Shown: piece by piece, positions 8,690 to 17,352 of the stretch
Position numbering within the stretch: the stretch's first letter is position 1
How the letters are laid out: every line of letters starts with the position of its first letter
Origin: Bacilli bacterium
GTDB lineage: Bacteria > Bacillota_I > Bacilli_A > RFN20 > CAG-826
Reading direction: 5' to 3'
Length of the DNA stretch: 64,000 nucleotides
Assembly (NCBI GenBank): GCA_041654095.1
Contig: JBAZED010000002.1
Span: 25,600-89,599, forward strand
Program-made: the position numbers and the translations under genes
The notes under the pieces: model-generated
What the model was told of the DNA's origin: nothing
The model's database searches: none
Seen by the model: only the letters and a program-made list of their open reading frames with translations

Positions 8690-9394
8690 GTGATGCGAAA
8701 CTTGCCTCTGGTATTTATTCTTACGCTCACCGTCTTCTCTTCGTGCGCACCGGCCGCCTCATCAAGTGAGACGTCTTTTTCAAGTTCATCGACCAGCGAA
8801 ACCACGAGTACAAGCGAATCGACGAGCAACAGTGAAGATCATGGAGAACCCCCGAGCGGCGAATATCGCCTCAGTCCAATAGCTAGCGAGAGCGATACTG
8901 GCTATGTCTACGACCAGGATGGCGATATCGTCAAAGAAATTTTTCGGGAACAATTCTATACGGATTTGGAAGATGTCGCAGCATACATCGCAACTTTTAA
9001 CGATGTCCCCGATAACTACTTTTTGACCGACGAAAGAAATGGCTACACGCAGTCTAAAAAGGAATGCTACGATCTCTATGAAAACACATGCCGCATTTAT
9101 CCCGGGCCTTATCCGGGCAATTACGACTATCTTCCATATAGCAAAGACAACACATATCACGAGGCGGATATCGGCGGTTATGGATATGCTGAATCATCGA
9201 GTTGGAATCGCGGTGCCCTAAGAGTTATTTTCACTCTCGCGGGAATCGACGAATATGGTGCGAATATCCCTGTCGTCTTTTACACCGATGACCACTACGA
9301 CCACTTTATCGAATACAAAAATTATCAAGGCGGATGGGGAGCACCATTCGGTTTAAATGGTGTTTCGTGGTCATCGATCATCACTTGGTATTAG
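8690..9394 (+). CDS. barnase/RNase Sa/N1-family guanyl-specific ribonuclease, lipoprotein form
   Basis: Signal peptide with lipobox (VFSSC), then a Ser/Thr/Glu-rich linker. The C-terminal domain aligns by eye to barnase: VPDNYFLTDER matches LPDNYITKSEA; YHEADIGGY matches WREADINY (catalytic Glu); NRGALRVIF matches NSDRILY; YTDDHYDHFIEYK matches YKTTDHYQTFTKI (catalytic His). The start is GTG 8690 or ATG 8693. Sits 15 nt after pmbA. Confidence 0.7.
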   Translation: MMRNLPLVFILTLTVFSSCAPAASSSETSFSSSSTSETTSTSESTSNSEDHGEPPSGEYRLSPIASESDTGYVYDQDGDIVKEIFREQFYTDLEDVAAYIATFNDVPDNYFLTDERNGYTQSKKECYDLYENTCRIYPGPYPGNYDYLPYSKDNTYHEADIGGYGYAESSSWNRGALRVIFTLAGIDEYGANIPVVFYTDDHYDHFIEYKNYQGGWGAPFGLNGVSWSSIITWY

Positions 9395-9407
9395 CAGTAA
9401 ATAAATC

Positions 9408-9433
9408 AAAAACGCCGTCAAACCGGCGTTTTT
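9408..9433. terminator. bidirectional intrinsic terminator (AAAAACGCCG-tcaaac-CGGCGTTTTT)
   Basis: 9-bp GC-rich stem flanked by an A-run and a T-run. Lies between the convergent RNase gene (+) and degV (-). Confidence 0.6.
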
Positions 9434-9456
9434 ATGTGCAAAAGCTAAATACTACA

Positions 9457-10308
9457 CTATTTCCTAATATAGAGTACGCCAATGGTGCCATATCCGCAAT
9501 GCGAGGAGATAACGGCTCCGGCATGGGTGACGACAACAATCGAGGGATCGACTAATCCGCCAACTTTTTTGACGAGGTAATCGAGGTTGGGTTGGTCTAC
9601 TCCGGCGTGGGTCACCATGACGCGGGTTAAATCAACGTTGGGCAAATGTCCTTTAAGTTCGGCGGCAAGTTCATCGAGAGCGCTGGTCATTTTGCCACGC
9701 GGTTTTTTGTAGACGATTAACTTACCATCCACCACTTTAATAATCGGATGGATGTGAAATAACTTGCCCAGCACTTTGGCTGTTCCGCTGCAGCGACCCC
9801 CCTTATGGAGGTAGTCGAGGGTTTCGATGGCGAATAGAGAATTGACTTTGGCGGCAAGTTCATCGATTAGCACTTTAATCTCCGCGGCCGATTTCCCCTG
9901 ATCGCGGTAATCGGCGGCTTTGAGGGCTAAAAGTCCGGAACCGCTAGAAAGGTTGTTGGAATCCGAATAGAAAATCCGCCCTTCCGGAAATTCTTGGGCG
10001 GCCAAAATGACGGACTGCAAAGTCGCGGATAATTTCGCGCCGATACCGACGTAAAAAATGTCATATCCTTTCTCGATGTAAGGCTTGAAGGCCTCGACAA
10101 AAGCGAAAGGCGGAACGGCGGCCGTCGTCGGGAGCTCACCGTGTTCAGCAACCAATTTATAGAGCAGTTCGGAATTTATTTCTTGCCCGTCTTTATAGGC
10201 TTTGCCGACAATGTTGACGAGGAGAGGAACGACATTAATGTCGTATTGCTTATAATGTTCGGGGTTTAAGTCAGTAGTCGAGTCAACGAATATCGCAACT
10301 TTTCTCAT
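9457..10308 (-). CDS. DegV family fatty-acid-binding protein
   Basis: 283 aa. MRKVAIFVDSTTDLNPEHYKQYDINVVPLLVNIVGKAYKDGQEI is a typical DegV N-terminus. Confidence 0.85.
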   Translation of the reverse strand: MRKVAIFVDSTTDLNPEHYKQYDINVVPLLVNIVGKAYKDGQEINSELLYKLVAEHGELPTTAAVPPFAFVEAFKPYIEKGYDIFYVGIGAKLSATLQSVILAAQEFPEGRIFYSDSNNLSSGSGLLALKAADYRDQGKSAAEIKVLIDELAAKVNSLFAIETLDYLHKGGRCSGTAKVLGKLFHIHPIIKVVDGKLIVYKKPRGKMTSALDELAAELKGHLPNVDLTRVMVTHAGVDQPNLDYLVKKVGGLVDPSIVVVTHAGAVISSHCGYGTIGVLYIRK

Positions 10309-10439
10309 GATTCTTCTCCTTTGAAGTTATCCCATTATCCCAATACTGCCATCTTTTGTCAAAGATATTGAACGGGCTTGTTTTACGCTTGTAAAAAATA
10401 GTAAATCTTCTAAGATATTGATTAGGAGAATACAAAAAA

Positions 10440-10934
10440 ATGAAAATCTTCAAAGAATTCAAGGACTTTATCAGCCGCGGTAACGTTCTGCAATTAGCGG
10501 TCGGTGTCATTATCGGCGGCGCCTTCTCGGCCATCATCAGCGCGCTTGTCGCCCACATCTTCATGCCTTTAATCGGCCTTCTGGTCAATGGCGGTTTGAA
10601 CAATTTCTATACTGTCTTGCCAAATAGTATCGAGGCCACACCTGCCGAAGTATTTGCTGGAACCGCCGTTTTGGCCAATAATCACGTTTACTATTCAGTC
10701 CTCAGCAAACTTGATTGGGGCATGGTCATCAATGCAATTATTAACTTTTTGTTAATCGCCTTGATTCTTTTCGCGATTATCAAGATATTTGCCAGCATCC
10801 AAAAAGCCAAGGTGGCCGCTCTCGCTAAATTGCACAAAGGCGAAAAAGCTCCTGAACCAGAACCCGAACCTGCTCCGGCACCAGATATCGTCTTGCTGAC
10901 TGAAATCCGCGACCTTCTAAAAAGAGACAAATAA
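10440..10934 (+). CDS. mscL: large-conductance mechanosensitive channel with low-complexity C-terminal extension
   Basis: MKIFKEFKDFISRGNVLQLAVGVIIGGAFSAIISALVAHIFMPLIGLL is the canonical MscL TM1. The C-terminus carries a PEPEPEPAPAP repeat. Confidence 0.9.
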   Translation: MKIFKEFKDFISRGNVLQLAVGVIIGGAFSAIISALVAHIFMPLIGLLVNGGLNNFYTVLPNSIEATPAEVFAGTAVLANNHVYYSVLSKLDWGMVINAIINFLLIALILFAIIKIFASIQKAKVAALAKLHKGEKAPEPEPEPAPAPDIVLLTEIRDLLKRDK

Positions 10935-10948
10935 TTCGGAACAAAAAC

Positions 10949-10976
10949 AAAGCCCTCATCGCGAGGGCTTTTTTCG
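10949..10976. terminator. bidirectional intrinsic terminator (AAGCCCTC-atcg-CGAGGGCTT then TTTT)
   Basis: Plus strand reads acaaagccctcatcgcgagggcttttttcg. Serves mscL (+) and the convergent membrane-protein gene (-). Confidence 0.7.
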
Positions 10977-10979
10977 TTA

Positions 10980-12080
10980 TTAAACGAGCTTCCAATCCGG
11001 ATGGGCAATGTTCACTTTGTCGAGCGCCTCCTTGAATAAGGAGTCCTCGATATCAGCGATACCCGAGGCCGTGTATTTCAAGGCTCTCTTTTTGCGGTCG
11101 AGAGCGAACATAACTTCGCCTTGCGAATCGTCCATCAAACCAGCGATGAGCAAGTACGCGCGCAAGGATGGCATCGATAAATCGTTGGAGATGAATCTCT
11201 GAACGGAAGAAGGAATTGTCGCATAATGCTCTTTGGCGGATTCCAATGACTCATTCATGATTTTTAAAAACAGGAGCTGGGCGATGGCGCGGCTGTGAGT
11301 CGCGTTGCTCGTGCTCTTTTCGTTTTTGATGATGTTATCGAGGATGTTTTCGGCTTCGACAAAGTTCTTTTCTTTGATATTGCGATATACGGCAATCAAA
11401 TTGACTTCGGAAGTGAAGTCGGTGATCTCCTCAAAAATGCGCGGGACAAAAGTGCCGTCTCCGTTTTCGACGAGCATGAGTTCGTTATAGGCGACAATAT
11501 TGATATTTTTCGTAAAAAGGGTCAGGCGATAGCCATCGGTCAACGCGTCGAGCTTAAACGGAACGATGTTATATAACATCATCATACCGCCGATGGAGGC
11601 CACGATGATGGAGCCGACCGAGAGCCAGACGAGATCGACGTTCGAACCAGCCGAGATCAAGGCATATAAAATAATCGCTGCGATTAATTCGACGAGATAG
11701 ATCAAAAGCGGGAGAATCGTCGCCGGGCGCGGATTTGACTTTTCGCTCTTCGGCAAAAATTTTGTCTCGCCGGTCAACCCATCGAACATCCGAAACGCAA
11801 AATTAATTTTGCCTTCGCTGCGGTATAGACAAAAGAAGAAAATATTCACCGAGTGGATGTGATACTTGCCGATCAAGCCGCCCAAGATGTGCCCCACTTC
11901 GAGTAGAACGCCATTAACGACAACCCCGACCAAGACCGAGATGATGGCAAAGATGTATTGGTTGCCCGCGACGGCGGCATTTTCCTCAAAGACCGGTTTG
12001 ATAATTCCGAGGCCAATAAAAAGCGCCGTGCCGATCATCGCGACATAGACGAGCAGACTTGCTGTATCTTCCCTTTTCAT
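10980..12080 (-). CDS. hypothetical membrane protein (N-terminal TM region with an LLEVGHILGG motif, C-terminal helical soluble domain)
   Basis: Start set at ATG 12080 (MKREDTASLLVYVAMIG...) with GGGAGG SD. Four to five TM helices are followed by an alpha-helical tail of about 180 aa. The EVGH motif resembles, but does not satisfy, HExxH. Confidence 0.5.
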   Translation of the reverse strand: MKREDTASLLVYVAMIGTALFIGLGIIKPVFEENAAVAGNQYIFAIISVLVGVVVNGVLLEVGHILGGLIGKYHIHSVNIFFFCLYRSEGKINFAFRMFDGLTGETKFLPKSEKSNPRPATILPLLIYLVELIAAIILYALISAGSNVDLVWLSVGSIIVASIGGMMMLYNIVPFKLDALTDGYRLTLFTKNINIVAYNELMLVENGDGTFVPRIFEEITDFTSEVNLIAVYRNIKEKNFVEAENILDNIIKNEKSTSNATHSRAIAQLLFLKIMNESLESAKEHYATIPSSVQRFISNDLSMPSLRAYLLIAGLMDDSQGEVMFALDRKKRALKYTASGIADIEDSLFKEALDKVNIAHPDWKLV

Positions 12081-12096
12081 AAAAAATAAAACCTCC

Positions 12097-13269
12097 CTAC
12101 AGACATGAAAGCAAAAGCGCTTCGATGTCATGTGCGTCTAGCGGTCGAGCGGAATGGCCAACCACACGTGTACCTTTTTCCGTGATCAACGCGACTAGAT
12201 GCGGGATGTCTTCTTGTTTGATTCCTAATTCGGTTAACGTCAGCGGCATACCGACTTCTTTAAAGAAAGCCCGTAATTCGCGTATTCCAATATTAGCACT
12301 TTCTTCTTTATTCACAAAATGGATTTTGAATACTTCGCGACCGAAGTCCGCCAACTTGTCAATTTCGGCATCTTTGACATAGGACATCCAGGCCGGAATT
12401 AAGACTGAAAGGGCGGCGCCATGGGCGATTTTCACGTCATAGCCGCTCAACCCGTGGGCGACCGCGTGAATAGGCATGCTGACGTTCTTCCCCAATCCTG
12501 TGATGCCATTGTGAGAATAAGAACTGGCCAGCATCAAAGATGCTCGCGCATCGTAATCGAGCGGATTATCGATGGCTTTCTTGCCAACTTCAATAACGTG
12601 GCGAATGACGCCAAGGGCAAATTCATCGGCGAGTTCTTTGTTGTCGCTCGGCGAAAAATAGCGCTCGAATGAGTGCGAGATAATATCGACAATGCCACAA
12701 CCAGTTTGATATTTGCTGACCGAGTATGTTAATTCGGGATTGCACACGGCAAATAAGGGGCGGTTGAAGTCGTTATTAAAACCGCGCTTGGCGTTGGTCT
12801 CGTCATTTGAGATGACGCATGATGCCGAGAGCTCGGAACCGGCCGCGGCGATGGTTAAAATAACACCGACAGGCAGAGCATTTTTTGGTTTGGCGAGATG
12901 GAGGTTAAAATCGAAAGGATCACCATCGTAATAGAAACCGGCGGCGATGGCTTTCGCCGAATCGATGACCGATCCGCCGCCAACCGCTAAGATGAGTTCG
13001 ACTTTTTCTTTTTGGGCCATGAAAACGCCAGCCCGAACGAGCGAATGAGTTGGATTGGCGCGCACTCCGCCCAGTTCCACGTATTCAATGCCTTGTTCCG
13101 CCAATGATTTTATGACTTTGTCATATAGCCCAAAAGACTTGATGGATTCAGCCCCGTAATGAAAAAGGACCTTCCTGTAACCGTACGATTTGATAATCGC
13201 CCCAACTTCTTTTTCTTTTCCACGTCCAAAATACAATTTTGTCGGTGAAAAAAAATTAAAATCGATCAT
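12097..13269 (-). CDS. iron-containing (group III) alcohol dehydrogenase
   Basis: 390 aa. GGGSVIDSAKAIA NAD-binding motif, and His-rich metal site (HAVAHGLSG...HG) typical of Fe-ADH/butanol or propanediol dehydrogenases. Confidence 0.85.
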   Translation of the reverse strand: MIDFNFFSPTKLYFGRGKEKEVGAIIKSYGYRKVLFHYGAESIKSFGLYDKVIKSLAEQGIEYVELGGVRANPTHSLVRAGVFMAQKEKVELILAVGGGSVIDSAKAIAAGFYYDGDPFDFNLHLAKPKNALPVGVILTIAAAGSELSASCVISNDETNAKRGFNNDFNRPLFAVCNPELTYSVSKYQTGCGIVDIISHSFERYFSPSDNKELADEFALGVIRHVIEVGKKAIDNPLDYDARASLMLASSYSHNGITGLGKNVSMPIHAVAHGLSGYDVKIAHGAALSVLIPAWMSYVKDAEIDKLADFGREVFKIHFVNKEESANIGIRELRAFFKEVGMPLTLTELGIKQEDIPHLVALITEKGTRVVGHSARPLDAHDIEALLLSCL

Positions 13270-13284
13270 GTCTTCCTCCTTGTT

Positions 13285-13878
13285 TTAGTGCTTATCGGTG
13301 GCCTCGTCATTTTCAGACGGGCGATTTTTATTAAGGCTGCCGCGAAGAGCGTTTTCAACCATCATCTTCTCGACATTCCGCAACATGACGGTAAAGCGGG
13401 TAATGAGGTGTTCTTTATCTTCTTGCAAACCGGTTTTAATCCAATATGAGAATTCAGAGACAAGAATGCTCGCGACTATGCGCGAAACACTTTCTAATTG
13501 CTCACTCGGCATCTTTTTGTATTTGGGACTGGAGCTGAGGCGTGCGAGCGAGCGAGTGGACAAATAATCGTGCAAAAAGTTTGTCACGTCAATCGCGTAG
13601 GGCGATGATAGCAAATTTTTGATAGCGCCGGTGTTGGCGGCAAAGATGTCAGCGACATACCTGGCGTCGGCCGTGAAGTCGCCGTCTTTGTCTTCGCGAT
13701 GTTCGCTGACATCGACCAAGATGGTGTTGATCAAATCGCTCATGTCATTAAAGTGGTAGTAGAACGTCTGCCGTTTGACACCTACTTTGTTGCATAATTC
13801 CTCGACACTGATTTTTGCGACTGGCTTCTCTTCGGCGAGGGTGAAGAGCGCGTCGATAAAGAGATGAAGTTTTTTCAT
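13285..13878 (-). CDS. TetR/AcrR-family transcriptional regulator
   Basis: 197 aa. N-terminal HTH (ISVEELCNKVGVKRQTFYYHFNDMSDL) followed by a helical ligand domain. Confidence 0.75.
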   Translation of the reverse strand: MKKLHLFIDALFTLAEEKPVAKISVEELCNKVGVKRQTFYYHFNDMSDLINTILVDVSEHREDKDGDFTADARYVADIFAANTGAIKNLLSSPYAIDVTNFLHDYLSTRSLARLSSSPKYKKMPSEQLESVSRIVASILVSEFSYWIKTGLQEDKEHLITRFTVMLRNVEKMMVENALRGSLNKNRPSENDEATDKH

Positions 13879-13899
13879 GATGTACCCCCTTAACTATCT

Positions 13900-14805
13900 C
13901 TAGACTTTTAACGATGAGAGCGCTTTGGCGACTTCGGCTCCCAGCAAGGCATTGTTTTTGATGAGCTGAATGTTGGTGGCTAGTGACTTACCTTTAGTAA
14001 GACTGGCAACTTCCTTTAGCAAGAAAGGAGTGACTTCCTTGCCTTTGATCCCCTTTTGTTCAGCTTTGGATAAAGCTTCGTGAATGGCGATGTCAATTTC
14101 AGCTTTCGGCATCTCGAATTGAATTGGAATCGGATTCGAAATCAAGATTCCCCCTCGTAATGTTAGGTCGCGCTTTGTCTTGATGATGCGAGCGGCCTGC
14201 TCTGGAGTATCGATGCGATTTTCAGTTTTTAAACCCGACTCGCGAGAGTAGAAACTTGCGAATTCATCGCTTTGGTACGAAAGGACAGTAACGCCTTTCG
14301 TTTCCAAATACTCTAACGTGAGCGGCAGATCCAAAATCGCTTTTGCTCCGGATGAAACGACGGTGACATCGCTGAGCGCAAGCTCCTCGAGATCGGCAGA
14401 AATATCAAAAGTGGTCTCAGCATGGCGATGAACGCCTCCGATTCCGCCCGTGACAAATACTTCGATCCCTGCCATTTCAGCGATGATCATGGTCGCCGCT
14501 ACCGTTGTCGCTCCCCATAATTTGCTGGAGACGACGACCGGTAGATCGCGACGCGATACTTTGCTGATGCCTTTCCGCTTTCCGAATTCCTCAATTTGCG
14601 ACGGATTCATCCCGACGATAATCTCGCCGTCGATGATGCCAATCGTCGCCGGAGTCGCCCCGGCTTTCAAAATGATATCTTCAAGCATTAAAGCTGTCTT
14701 GACGTTTTCTGGATAAGGCATCCCGTGGGAAATAATTGTCGATTCAAGAGCGACGACGGGACGACCGTTATTTAGTGCTTCCGCCACTTCTTTGCGAACA
14801 AACAT
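13900..14805 (-). CDS. psuG: pseudouridine-5'-phosphate glycosidase
   Basis: Start set at ATG 14805 (MFVRKEVAEALNNGRPVVALESTIISHGMPYPEN...), the IndA/PsuG family N-terminus, with AGGCGGAG SD. It abuts the ATPase stop. No psuK kinase gene is adjacent. Confidence 0.85.
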   Translation of the reverse strand: MFVRKEVAEALNNGRPVVALESTIISHGMPYPENVKTALMLEDIILKAGATPATIGIIDGEIIVGMNPSQIEEFGKRKGISKVSRRDLPVVVSSKLWGATTVAATMIIAEMAGIEVFVTGGIGGVHRHAETTFDISADLEELALSDVTVVSSGAKAILDLPLTLEYLETKGVTVLSYQSDEFASFYSRESGLKTENRIDTPEQAARIIKTKRDLTLRGGILISNPIPIQFEMPKAEIDIAIHEALSKAEQKGIKGKEVTPFLLKEVASLTKGKSLATNIQLIKNNALLGAEVAKALSSLKV

Positions 14806-14806
14806 T

Positions 14807-17233
14807 TCACTTCTCCGCCTTTCCATCGATGACTCTACTTGTAAATTTACTAACTAATAAGTAAAAAGGCAAGGCAAGTGCTATTAATAAAAATAGCACA
14901 GAAATAGTGATTGGTGATAAAACCTCATAAGAAATCTTTAAAATTTGCCAAGACCTCAAGAAAAAATCGAGAATAAAGGACGTAATGCCCAAGAAAATCA
15001 TCGCAAGAAAAAGAATCAGGCGGTATCGATCAAAAGGCCACGAGATCTTGGCGAGGATGAAATAACTGGCGATTGTAAAAGTGAATACCCCCATAATCTG
15101 GGCGACTTCCGGCGTAAAAGTCCGGGGAAAGAGAAGCGCCAATAGATAGATAAGTAAGACGAAAGAAAATTGCATCACTCCTCCAGGCAAAGCGTTCTTG
15201 AGGATATTACCAATAAAGCTGCCGCTCAAGCGCCCACCATTTTTCTGTAGAGCGAGGAAAAAGGCGGCTATACCAATCGTGGCCATTTCCCAAATATACA
15301 TATTGTTCGTCACAAACGGGTAGGTCGTTCTTCCGGTCCATCCGGCAATCAAAAAGACCATGCTCGTGACAACCGCAAAAATCGTTTTAACTAAAAATAA
15401 AGAACACGTTCTCTGAAGATTATTAATGACGCGGCGGCCTTCTTCGACGACTTCTGGCAAACGGCCAAAATCTGAATCTAGAGCAACGAGATGCGAAACA
15501 TTGCGCGCGGCAGCCGCTCCTGAGGCCATGGCGATTGAACAGTCGGCAACCTTCAAAGCCAAAATATCGTTAACGCCATCGCCGGTCATCGCCACGGTGT
15601 GCCCAGCATGACGATATGCTTTAATCAAAACTTCTTTTTGCTCGGGGCTAACCCTTCCGAAAACGGCATACTCATGGGCGTAGAGGGCGACCGATTGAAG
15701 AGGTATTTTTTCTAGCGATAGGCACTTGTCCGCGCCTTCGACACCGACTTGACGGGCGATTTCTGAAACGGTGTCGACGTTGTCGCCGCTGATAATTTTG
15801 ACAGCGACGCCGTTCTTTTTAAACCACGCGATGTTGGATGCGGCGTCTTCGCGTATGTGATCCCGAAGGATAATGAGGCCGATTGTCCTAAAATTGCTCG
15901 GCAAAGACTCGATTATTTCGTCATCGCAATGGGCTACTATCAGCACGCGATAGCCGCTTTTTGCGTACTTTTCAAGCAAACTATTGATTTTTTTGTCATC
16001 ATTCGGATTTATGAATTCCAGCGCCCCGATCGCAATTGTTCCATGGCTATTTAATGAGGCGGCTGCAAATTTCTTGTCGCTCGAAAAAGGAAGGGTTTTG
16101 CCAGCCGCCAATGGGCCGTCGCGGCCGACTTCGTTAATGATGGCTCGAGCTGTTTGATTGTTATCTTTTGTCGCGACAAGCAAGCTGGATAGATATTGGT
16201 ATAGTTGCTTTCTGTCGATGTCGGCAACTGGAATAATCTCTTTAACATCCATGTTTCCATCGGTCAGGGTTCCGGTTTTATCAAGGCAGAGGAGATCGAC
16301 GCGGGCCAGCGTTTCAATTGAATATAGTTCCTGGACGAGCATTCTTTTATATGCTAAGCGCAGGACGCCGACAGCGAGTGTCATCGAGGTGAGGAGATAC
16401 ATACCCGAAGGTATCATGGCGACCAACGAACCAGCAATCGACCCGATTGAATCTTGAAAACTCGCTTGGTCAGAAAAGCCCCCGCTCAGCGAAAAAGTGA
16501 AGCCATAAGTAATTCCGAATAGAATCACGATTCCGCCGATATATTTAAATAAGAGGTTCATCGATTTTAGAATCTCCGATTTGGGTCGCTTAAATAGTTT
16601 GGCTTGAACCTGCAATTGTTCGGCGTAATTAGCGCTTCCCACCGCAATCGCTCGCACTCGGGCCATCCCGCTAGTGACAAAGGAACCCGACAATACGCGT
16701 CCACCGATACTCTTATCGACCGGAACCGACTCTCCTGTCAACAGCGATTCGTTGACGCAGACTTGACCGTCGACCACCACCGCGTCAATGCTGATTTGAT
16801 CGCCGGCTTTGATAATCAAAATATCGCTTAAGACGAGATCTTGAACGTTGATTTCGCCTTCCATACCATTTCGGACAACTAATGCTTTGGGATTGACAAT
16901 TAAGCTCAATTTGTCGACAAGTTTACGGGCTCTGATATCTTGAATTAAGCCGATGGCAATATTCGCGAAGAGAACCAATAAAAAGAACAAGCCACTATAC
17001 TGCTCGGCAAGGAACATTAACGCCCCAATGATAATTAAAAGAACGTTAAAGAAACTGACTAGATTAGTAAAAATAATCTCAGCGTATGACTTAGTGACAT
17101 GGCGCTTCGTGACATTCACTAATCCTTCATTTTTGCGGAGAGCAACCTCTTCGCTCGATAGCCCGCGCTGAATATCGCCGCTCACCGGCGCAGCGCGTCC
17201 AATTAATTCTTTGATCAGTGCTGCTTTTTTCAT
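14807..17233 (-). CDS. cation-transporting P-type ATPase (type II, Ca2+/Mg2+-like)
   Basis: 808 aa. Phosphorylation motif CLDKTGTLT, hinge GDGVNDILALK, and 8-10 TM helices. Confidence 0.9.
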   Translation of the reverse strand: MKKAALIKELIGRAAPVSGDIQRGLSSEEVALRKNEGLVNVTKRHVTKSYAEIIFTNLVSFFNVLLIIIGALMFLAEQYSGLFFLLVLFANIAIGLIQDIRARKLVDKLSLIVNPKALVVRNGMEGEINVQDLVLSDILIIKAGDQISIDAVVVDGQVCVNESLLTGESVPVDKSIGGRVLSGSFVTSGMARVRAIAVGSANYAEQLQVQAKLFKRPKSEILKSMNLLFKYIGGIVILFGITYGFTFSLSGGFSDQASFQDSIGSIAGSLVAMIPSGMYLLTSMTLAVGVLRLAYKRMLVQELYSIETLARVDLLCLDKTGTLTDGNMDVKEIIPVADIDRKQLYQYLSSLLVATKDNNQTARAIINEVGRDGPLAAGKTLPFSSDKKFAAASLNSHGTIAIGALEFINPNDDKKINSLLEKYAKSGYRVLIVAHCDDEIIESLPSNFRTIGLIILRDHIREDAASNIAWFKKNGVAVKIISGDNVDTVSEIARQVGVEGADKCLSLEKIPLQSVALYAHEYAVFGRVSPEQKEVLIKAYRHAGHTVAMTGDGVNDILALKVADCSIAMASGAAAARNVSHLVALDSDFGRLPEVVEEGRRVINNLQRTCSLFLVKTIFAVVTSMVFLIAGWTGRTTYPFVTNNMYIWEMATIGIAAFFLALQKNGGRLSGSFIGNILKNALPGGVMQFSFVLLIYLLALLFPRTFTPEVAQIMGVFTFTIASYFILAKISWPFDRYRLILFLAMIFLGITSFILDFFLRSWQILKISYEVLSPITISVLFLLIALALPFYLLVSKFTSRVIDGKAEK

Positions 17234-17304
17234 AGGCGCTCACGTGCGAAATAGAAAAGTACGGGCCTACCTGCTTCCGCGCTCACGCGACAAGTAATAA
17301 TTTA

Positions 17305-17333
17305 GTCTAAAAAACTTGGTTTAACAAGTTTTA
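17305..17333 (-). terminator. intrinsic terminator after the lipoprotein gene (AAAACTTG-ttaaac-CAAGTTTT plus U-run on the minus strand)
   Basis: Plus strand reads ctaaaaaacttggtttaacaagttttaa; reverse complement gives hairpin then TTTTTT. Confidence 0.6.
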
Positions 17334-17352
17334 ACCGAGAAATTTTCAGTTT

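Noticed and set aside
9395-9456. Barstar-like immunity ORF downstream of the barnase-like gene
   Set aside because: The 62-bp spacer is filled by a bidirectional terminator. The overlapping small ORFs (9334-9555, 9039-9221) are out of context, with no SD and no acidic helical profile.
17234-17352. Possible Mg2+ (M-box) riboswitch ahead of the P-type ATPase
   Set aside because: The spacer is only 119 nt, and about 30 nt of it is the terminator of the upstream gene. That is far too short for the ~160-nt M-box.
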